Source: a virus (Duplodnaviria > Caudoviricetes). From it: a stretch of 64,000 nt of DNA. The stretch spans positions 1,375 to 65,374 of the IMG/VR virus record IMGVR_UViG_3300027419_000032, one strand, 5' to 3'. The notes beneath the pieces are model-generated. The model made no database searches. It was given only the letters and a program-made list of their open reading frames with translations, and was not told the DNA's origin. Position 1 is the stretch's first letter. Each line of letters starts with the position of its first letter. Below, piece by piece: positions 58,282 through 64,000 of the stretch. The position numbers and the translations under genes are program-made.

Positions 58282-59967
58282 ATGAAATTAATTAATATTT
58301 TCATAGTTACAACTATTTTGGTGTTGCTTATTGGAAGTGGTATGGCCGCAAAGAGCGGACCAATTGAGATGCGAGAGGGGGCGAATATTACATTTTATGG
58401 CGGAAAGGTTCTAGGATCACCAGATGGCATAGCACCAACTGACCTTATGACCATCCGGCAGGGGTGGGACAAACTCAACACAAGCGGCGGAACTATGAGC
58501 GGCGATTTGTCAATGGGGAGCAACAACATAACAGACCTGAAAAATGGGTCAGATAAGCAAGATCCGGCGACATATTCACAACTCGTAAGCGCATCTCGTA
58601 AGCTTGGGATTGTTGTCGGACCTGGGTCTGATGCCGATTCAGAATTTTATGATTATGTCACAGACGGGATAGATGACTACGTTCAAATACAAGCAGCATG
58701 TGACGAAGTATCACCAGAAACGTATGATGGTGCCGGCACTGTCACGTTGATGCCTGGCAACTATTATTTAGGGGATAATGCTCCATCGGTTAATGTAAAT
58801 TTCCGCGTTACTCTTCAGAGCATGTATCCTGCCGCAGGGGGTGCTATATCACCTCACGACATTGATAACACTATACAAGGTATCCGTATATTTGTAAACA
58901 ACACGACCAATCCTGCTTTCGTTTGTTGGGAGGGATCTGTTATCAATGGCCTCCGGGCTTTCTATCCCAAACAGAACTACAATGCTACTCCTGTAGCATA
59001 TGCCCCTTTCATCTATATCGCTGAAGGTTGTTCTGCTGAGATTCGAAACGTAGATGCCGGCAATGCGTATAGGTTTGTTGACTCGAATCAGTTGTCGTGT
59101 ATTGTTCGTGTCGTTGATTGCTGGGGTTGCCCCATATACACCGGTGTTACCATGGATCAGCAATATGGTGGTACTAGCATCATAAATACTGGGTTTTCTG
59201 TTTCTAACTATCCTATTACCAATTCCACTATCGGCACTGCGTGTACTGGCGCGGGCATTACCACTAATGTCCTGTTTAAGTGGATGGCTGCTAATGCCAT
59301 TGCGATTTATTCTAACAAGACCGATGGTCTTTCTATAATCAATAGTGGGTCGGGTGGCTACCACGTTGGTTGCCAACTGACTCAGTATACCAGTGATTCT
59401 CTTGTCGAAGGTTATTATTCAGAAGACATGCATCCGTTGATCACTTACGGCCCTCGTACTCGTATTGTCGGCGGCAACTTCTGCACTCAAACATACACCG
59501 ATCTTGCATCAGGTGAAGAAGATTGTATTTATATCGCCCCGACCGCCGTTGGATCTGTTGTGACCGGCACCATTGCCAGACTCGCTCATCAGCATTGTAT
59601 TCATGTCCAGGCTCCTGGTTCCAGTATCACAGGCAATAATTGTAGAACTTGGGCTCTGGGTCTTGCGTCTGGGGCTGCTTATGGTATTGTCGCTGTCGGC
59701 GATGGTATTGCAATTTCAGGTAATGCATGCGATGGTCAGGAGATGCCGTATACTCGCGGCATAGGTGTTGTAGGCACTGGCGGCGCTGTTACTGGAAACA
59801 TTGTTACTCGCACTTCGCTCAGTGGCTTTTACATCACAGATGGGGCTACTGGTGTCTCGTGTACTGGCAACAGCGCCGGTAGTGCTCCAGGTGTCACCGT
59901 TGCTGCTAACTTCGCAATCGATGCGGGAAACAACAACACTGCCAATAATGCGTGGCTAGTTTCATGA
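58282..59967 (+). CDS. signal-peptide-bearing beta-helix (tailspike/pectate-lyase-like) protein
   Basis: MKLINIFIVTTILVLLIGSGMAA; MSGDLSMGSNNITDL fibre motif; DDYVQIQAACD...GTVTLMPGNY; GN-repeat helix. Confidence 0.8.
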   Translation: MKLINIFIVTTILVLLIGSGMAAKSGPIEMREGANITFYGGKVLGSPDGIAPTDLMTIRQGWDKLNTSGGTMSGDLSMGSNNITDLKNGSDKQDPATYSQLVSASRKLGIVVGPGSDADSEFYDYVTDGIDDYVQIQAACDEVSPETYDGAGTVTLMPGNYYLGDNAPSVNVNFRVTLQSMYPAAGGAISPHDIDNTIQGIRIFVNNTTNPAFVCWEGSVINGLRAFYPKQNYNATPVAYAPFIYIAEGCSAEIRNVDAGNAYRFVDSNQLSCIVRVVDCWGCPIYTGVTMDQQYGGTSIINTGFSVSNYPITNSTIGTACTGAGITTNVLFKWMAANAIAIYSNKTDGLSIINSGSGGYHVGCQLTQYTSDSLVEGYYSEDMHPLITYGPRTRIVGGNFCTQTYTDLASGEEDCIYIAPTAVGSVVTGTIARLAHQHCIHVQAPGSSITGNNCRTWALGLASGAAYGIVAVGDGIAISGNACDGQEMPYTRGIGVVGTGGAVTGNIVTRTSLSGFYITDGATGVSCTGNSAGSAPGVTVAANFAIDAGNNNTANNAWLVS

Positions 59968-60059
59968 GGGGCAATATCGAATTTTATTTTTTATCCAATT
60001 ATTTCCTTATCAAGCGTCAGTTTTAAGTAGTTACGTCTTCTCGTCTCACGAGAAGATCA

Positions 60060-60340
60060 AAAAAAAACGGAGATGAAGATTACCATTTTGGCGACATCGA
60101 TGCACATTCCCAGTGCATGGGATACGCAATTTGATACAATGAACGGAAATGCGATTTTCTAGGAAATCGGGCCATTCTAGTTATGGTATTCGTAAAACGA
60201 CTAAAGCCACAGGGGGGGGGGCAAGACTATAACAATATAGTAGGAAATTTGGTCAAAGGGCAACTTGCGCAACTTGCGCAAGGCGTTCTTTTGTAGGGTG
60301 TGTACGCTGGCAATGCGTCTAATGTTATTGTGTAGAGGGG
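60060..60340 (+). pseudogene. possible degraded beta-helix coding remnant with A9 and G10 tracts
   Basis: broken frames give SGHSSYGIR and NNIVGNLVKG...GVYAGNASNVIV. Confidence 0.3.
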
Positions 60341-60406
60341 TAGACTCTAGACTCTAGTGTTAGAATTAAATATTCTCTATTGTTTATATCAATGTGGTTA
60401 ACTTTT

Positions 60407-60430
60407 TTTATTTAATTCATTTTTTTAAAA
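60407..60430 (+). promoter_or_regulatory. conserved late-gene motif
   Basis: TTTATTTAATTCATTTTTTTAAAA. Confidence 0.65.
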
Positions 60431-60490
60431 TATCCTTTAATTCTTTTCTTTCCAACTCATTATTAATATCCAATTAATTGGTGCATATTA

Positions 60491-61477
60491 ATGAGAAAAT
60501 CTATAATTACTATTCTAGGCGTTATATTGATGACGCTGTTTATTGGTATAGCCCTTGCAGATCCGTGGGAAACGTATAAAAATACAGCATATTCCAGATC
60601 TGATGTTGTAATTGGACCTACGTTTGATTTTACCACATCTGCCACGGGAACCACCACTTTTCCTAATGGAGCTACCATTCCTTCTGGAAAGGATCTTATA
60701 GTGGGTGGTAACGTGTCCATTACTGGAATTCTGAGCTATGGGACGAATATTTCAGAAGGCAAGATCTCTGAAAGTATTTGGATCGATGATGAGTTACAGG
60801 TTACTAACACCTCTGCTTTAAATGAAACTACAGCAACCAACGTAACCGCTTCGGCGACTGTTCAAGCGGAACATTTCAAAAGCACCGATGACGCTTATGT
60901 GGTAGATGATCTTGTGGTGGATGGAGGAGCTAGGGTCGATGAAGCGCTTACAGCTAATTCTATTTCTATTAATACCACTGGTACATACACTGGAATCCAG
61001 ACATTTACTGTTGCGCCGGTGTTTAATGCTGGCATTCTTATCCCAACTGGCGATACCCTGAATACTGTAGATGCCGATGGAGTTAAATCTGGAGGCGTTA
61101 TCGTACCTCAAGAGATGATTATTAATGTGCCAATTACTACTTCCGAACCAGATCAAACTGTATTTATCGCAGATGATGCTTGGCAGATAACCAAGATTGA
61201 AGAAGTCCATGCTACTGCTCAGAATACAGTATACCCAAATACAGGAAGCGTAACTGTTACAAAATGTACAGGAACCCAGGCTGCCGCAAGCGGATCTGTC
61301 TTACATAATACTAGCATGTATCTAAATAACACAGTTGAGACTATTCAGACTCCAACTCTCAATGCCGCGATCGGCGCTTTGAATCTGGCAGATGGCAATC
61401 GACTTGCAATTAATGTTAATGGAACTATGACAACTTTCGCGAATGGTTTGATTACCATTCACATGAAGAGAATTTAA
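60491..61477 (+). CDS. signal-peptide-bearing fibre-like protein, sequon-rich
   Basis: MRKSIITILGVILMTLFIGIALADP; T-rich shaft (GIQTFTVAPVF); nine N-x-S/T sequons. Confidence 0.75.
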   Translation: MRKSIITILGVILMTLFIGIALADPWETYKNTAYSRSDVVIGPTFDFTTSATGTTTFPNGATIPSGKDLIVGGNVSITGILSYGTNISEGKISESIWIDDELQVTNTSALNETTATNVTASATVQAEHFKSTDDAYVVDDLVVDGGARVDEALTANSISINTTGTYTGIQTFTVAPVFNAGILIPTGDTLNTVDADGVKSGGVIVPQEMIINVPITTSEPDQTVFIADDAWQITKIEEVHATAQNTVYPNTGSVTVTKCTGTQAAASGSVLHNTSMYLNNTVETIQTPTLNAAIGALNLADGNRLAINVNGTMTTFANGLITIHMKRI

Positions 61478-61485
61478 GGAATATT

Positions 61486-61644
61486 ATGAAATTTAAATGG
61501 ATCGGACCCGAAAATTGGTTTGTTGGTGACGTCGGAGGTGAGGGTACTAGGATGAGTATCCTTGCTAATGGTTATGAATGTTCTGAATTTGGGGGAAAAA
61601 TTAAAGGGTGGAAGAAACGGGGTTGGATTAAGGTGATAGAATGA
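61486..61644 (+). CDS. small hypothetical protein
   Basis: manual translation MKFKWIGPENWFVGDVGGEGTRMSILANGYECSEFGGKIKGWKKRGWIKVIE; ATGA overlap with the next gene. Confidence 0.55.
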   Translation: MKFKWIGPENWFVGDVGGEGTRMSILANGYECSEFGGKIKGWKKRGWIKVIE

Positions 61645-61874
61645 GCGTATGTGATGCCAATACGAGGTTCCGACTTACTCTTGCTATGCTCGGCTCCGTC
61701 TTATTTATGGTTCTTATCGTTATGGTTCTAAGTGCGTTTGGCAAGCCTGTTCCAGACTTTGTTAGTGGTGTGGTACTTGCTGGTTTTATGATTATGTTGA
61801 AAGATGCTTATGCGAGTTATTTTAAAGCGCGGGAAGAATTGCAAGCATCGAGGATATTACAAGAAAAAAGTTAA
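61641..61874 (+). CDS. holin-like two-TM protein
   Basis: two TM helices and a charged C-terminus, 77 aa. Confidence 0.6.
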   Translation: MSVCDANTRFRLTLAMLGSVLFMVLIVMVLSAFGKPVPDFVSGVVLAGFMIMLKDAYASYFKAREELQASRILQEKS

Positions 61875-61890
61875 GATGGTGATTTATTAA

Positions 61891-63726
61891 ATGACAACGT
61901 TTGAAAATCCAACTTCTATTGAGTCTCGCGTTGGTATAGCTGTTGAGACCACTGAAGGAACTGCGATGACAGAACCTACTGTTGAACTTTTTATGAATGC
62001 GGGTTCTGCTCCAGAGTTAGATTTAATTGTGGACAATAAAATTAAACAGAAGGCTTTTAACGAACCCTATAAGAGAAACGAAATTCGTGGATACTGGCAC
62101 ACTGAAGGGAATCTTCCTGGACTTAAGTTTTCTCCAACAAACGGAATTCCGCAGTTTTTGGGGGTAGGATTTGGAAATCCCTGGTATAATAAACAGGTTT
62201 ATGTTATCACTCTTGAAGCCGCAGGCGGACTTCTTTTTAAAAGAGGAGATAAGATTTTTGGAAAAACTTCTTTAGCTCGTGCAGAGGTTGCAAGGGTTGT
62301 AGGGGATACTCTTTGGCTTGTTGGCGTTCAGGGGACGTTTGATTCCGGAGGAAATGAAGATCTTCTGACTTGTCCCGGAGGAACTGATTGGGCTACAGAC
62401 ACTCTTGTGACGACTCCTGGTTTTGCTGCGATTTCTGGGTACTACTGCCACAAGTTAGATGCAGTGAGAAGTACTTCTAATGCTGGTGTCGTTGGAGTCC
62501 ACACTACTGCTACGCAAGCTTGCCTTATGGATCAGATGCAGGACTTTTCTGAATTCGGAGTTACTAACGGCACTAAAAAGAAGATGTTTGTAACCGTAAA
62601 GGACGCTACGTCTGGGACTCCTATTCCGATTTCTGGATGGATGGGTGCCCCCATAATGGGCATTAAGTTCAAAACTGGAACAGCTACATTTACCGTAGGG
62701 TCAAAACTTTCTGCTAAAACTGGTGGAGGCGCTGCTGTTGTTATAGGTGACATTATCGGCTTCCGTGTTGATAGTGGAACTTGGGCTGCTGATGCGGCTG
62801 GAATTGTTTTTGTTGCAATGGATGCTACTGCTCGCGCAGTTCTCAACTCTGACGTTCTCACAGATGACCATGCCGTAACCCCTGGTGCTGCCGTAGCAGA
62901 TCAAGCGGCTATCCCTGCCTATCTCAATAACGCTGTAAAGATTTACAACAATGCGGATACATCTGGCTCAACTCAGTCCTGGAATGGTAACGTTACCACC
63001 TTTGATGAAACGGATACTTTAACTTATACTGCCATTCAGAGAACGTTCGATCAAAAATCCCTGTCTGTGTTCGTTAAGGACGCAGGAGATAACACTAAAG
63101 TGGGATATGGGACTAAAGTTAAAGAGCTTAGTTTCGATATAACTGCCGATGCGTTTACCTACAATGTTGGTCTCTTAGGAAGAAATCTTGAGTATCCCAC
63201 AACCGAACCTGCATATCCCGGTGGTTTAACCGACTCCTCTCCGTTTGGCGCATCGGATCGAACCGTTGAAATCGACGGATCTTCTTCTGGTCAGGCTGCT
63301 CAGGTAAATAAGGCTCGTGCTAGTTTTACTTGGGATTTTGCCCCCGGAAAGGGTGTCGTCATTTCGGAGAACTATCCTACGACACTGCAACCGACTACCT
63401 ATAATATTATCGGTACTTTAGATGTCCAGTGGAAGAATAACGCTATGATGAAGGCGTTCTGGAACAATCCTTCTGGATCTGCTCCTGCGGCTGGAACCTT
63501 GATTTCTAAGAGACTGGCTTTTATTTTAGATAGTGGAGATGTGGTGTCTACTGGGTATAACAAGTTGCTTTCTATTGAGATTCTTGGTACTATCGATTCC
63601 GCAACATTGAATAGAGACCAGGATGGTTACATACAGCCCACCACAATTGAGGGCTATATGAGTGATAGTACTTATATTTGGGGTCCCGCTCGTTTCTATG
63701 TGTTTGATTCGACAGCAACGTACTAG
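61891..63726 (+). CDS. tail tube protein with a large internal insertion
   Basis: N-terminal SRVGIAVETTEGT; C-terminal tube-like FDQKSLSVF...KVKELSFDI...IIGTLDVQW; 611 aa. Confidence 0.7.
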   Translation: MTTFENPTSIESRVGIAVETTEGTAMTEPTVELFMNAGSAPELDLIVDNKIKQKAFNEPYKRNEIRGYWHTEGNLPGLKFSPTNGIPQFLGVGFGNPWYNKQVYVITLEAAGGLLFKRGDKIFGKTSLARAEVARVVGDTLWLVGVQGTFDSGGNEDLLTCPGGTDWATDTLVTTPGFAAISGYYCHKLDAVRSTSNAGVVGVHTTATQACLMDQMQDFSEFGVTNGTKKKMFVTVKDATSGTPIPISGWMGAPIMGIKFKTGTATFTVGSKLSAKTGGGAAVVIGDIIGFRVDSGTWAADAAGIVFVAMDATARAVLNSDVLTDDHAVTPGAAVADQAAIPAYLNNAVKIYNNADTSGSTQSWNGNVTTFDETDTLTYTAIQRTFDQKSLSVFVKDAGDNTKVGYGTKVKELSFDITADAFTYNVGLLGRNLEYPTTEPAYPGGLTDSSPFGASDRTVEIDGSSSGQAAQVNKARASFTWDFAPGKGVVISENYPTTLQPTTYNIIGTLDVQWKNNAMMKAFWNNPSGSAPAAGTLISKRLAFILDSGDVVSTGYNKLLSIEILGTIDSATLNRDQDGYIQPTTIEGYMSDSTYIWGPARFYVFDSTATY

Positions 63727-63740
63727 ACTTTTGTCTAGTA
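63721..63740 (+). terminator. perfect 8-bp stem-loop over the tail-tube stop codon
   Basis: TACTAGAC-tttt-GTCTAGTA. Confidence 0.7.
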
Positions 63741-63757
63741 TCTTTATCTCCCCATTT

Positions 63758-63797
63758 CAAGAAGACCCCGCGCCTTTAGGCCGGGAATGAATTGAAA
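63758..63797 (+). mobile_element. IS200/IS605-type subterminal hairpin (left end)
   Basis: CAAGAAGACCCCGCGCCTTTAGGCCGGGAATGAATTG upstream of tnpB; CCCCG..CTTTAGG.CGGG is typical of these ends. Confidence 0.6.
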
Positions 63798-63882
63798 TAA
63801 GTCGGTTAATATATTTAAATGTATCGACCTATTTTTAAGCGTAACATTTAAATACCATTAAAGTAGTAACTCTACTACTCCC

Positions 63883-64000
63883 ATGAATAAATCCTATAAA
63901 TTCCGAGTGTTTCCAACTAAAGCTCAGGTACGTACTTTAGAAGAAACTATCGATCTTTGTAGGTGGACCTATAACCAGACTCTGGCCTACAGGAAAAATA
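63883..64000 (+). CDS. tnpB: TnpB (IS200/IS605 OrfB) N-terminus, truncated by the window end
   Basis: MNKSYKFRVFPTKAQVRTLEETIDLCRWTYNQTLAYRK matches the HTH_OrfB_IS605 pattern (YKFRxYPT..Q......CRxxYN..L). Confidence 0.88.
   Translation, partial: MNKSYKFRVFPTKAQVRTLEETIDLCRWTYNQTLAYRKN

Noticed and set aside
58849-61210. Antisense ORFs 58849-59376 and 60818-61210
   Set aside because: Shadows of the plus-strand fibre genes.
1-64000. tRNA genes, integrase/att sites, terminase, portal, DNA polymerase
   Set aside because: No recognisable motifs by eye; these are probably outside the window.

Overview
The window is a 64-kb segment of a tailed dsDNA virus (siphovirus-like Caudoviricetes). An archaeal host, probably a methanogen, is inferred from TATA/BRE-type promoters, GGTGA/GAGG ribosome-binding sites, RHH regulators and sequon-rich secreted proteins. 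Layout: (i) 0.5-6.5 kb, minus-strand small early-type genes, including an acidic Ocr-like protein. (ii) 6.5-10.2 kb, an almost ORF-free AT-rich region with a ~157-bp imperfect inverted repeat and iteron-like motifs. (iii) 10.2-18.4 kb, a modification cluster: two SAM methyltransferases, two radical SAM enzymes, a glycosyltransferase and a 194-aa protein built from 35 aromatic-X-(Asn/Asp) tripeptides lying directly upstream of a radical SAM/SPASM enzyme. (iv) 18.7-22 kb, a GC-richer module of fibre/adhesin-like genes. (v) 22-27 kb, nucleotide-metabolism and nuclease genes. (vi) 28-64 kb, morphogenesis: protease/scaffold, two major-capsid paralogs, a metacaspase next to holin-like genes, connectors, a tape measure with two putative Cys-His protease domains, tail tip/fibres, secreted sequon-rich fibre-like proteins and a displaced tail tube. 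About eight free-standing endonuclease genes are interspersed, and the window ends in the 5' end of an IS200/IS605 tnpB. No terminase, portal, integrase, polymerase, tRNA or CRISPR array was seen. The strongest novelty candidate is the virus-encoded poly-cyclophane (triceptide-like) radical SAM system, which may also act on a virion tail protein. All family assignments are by eye from motifs; no searches were run.
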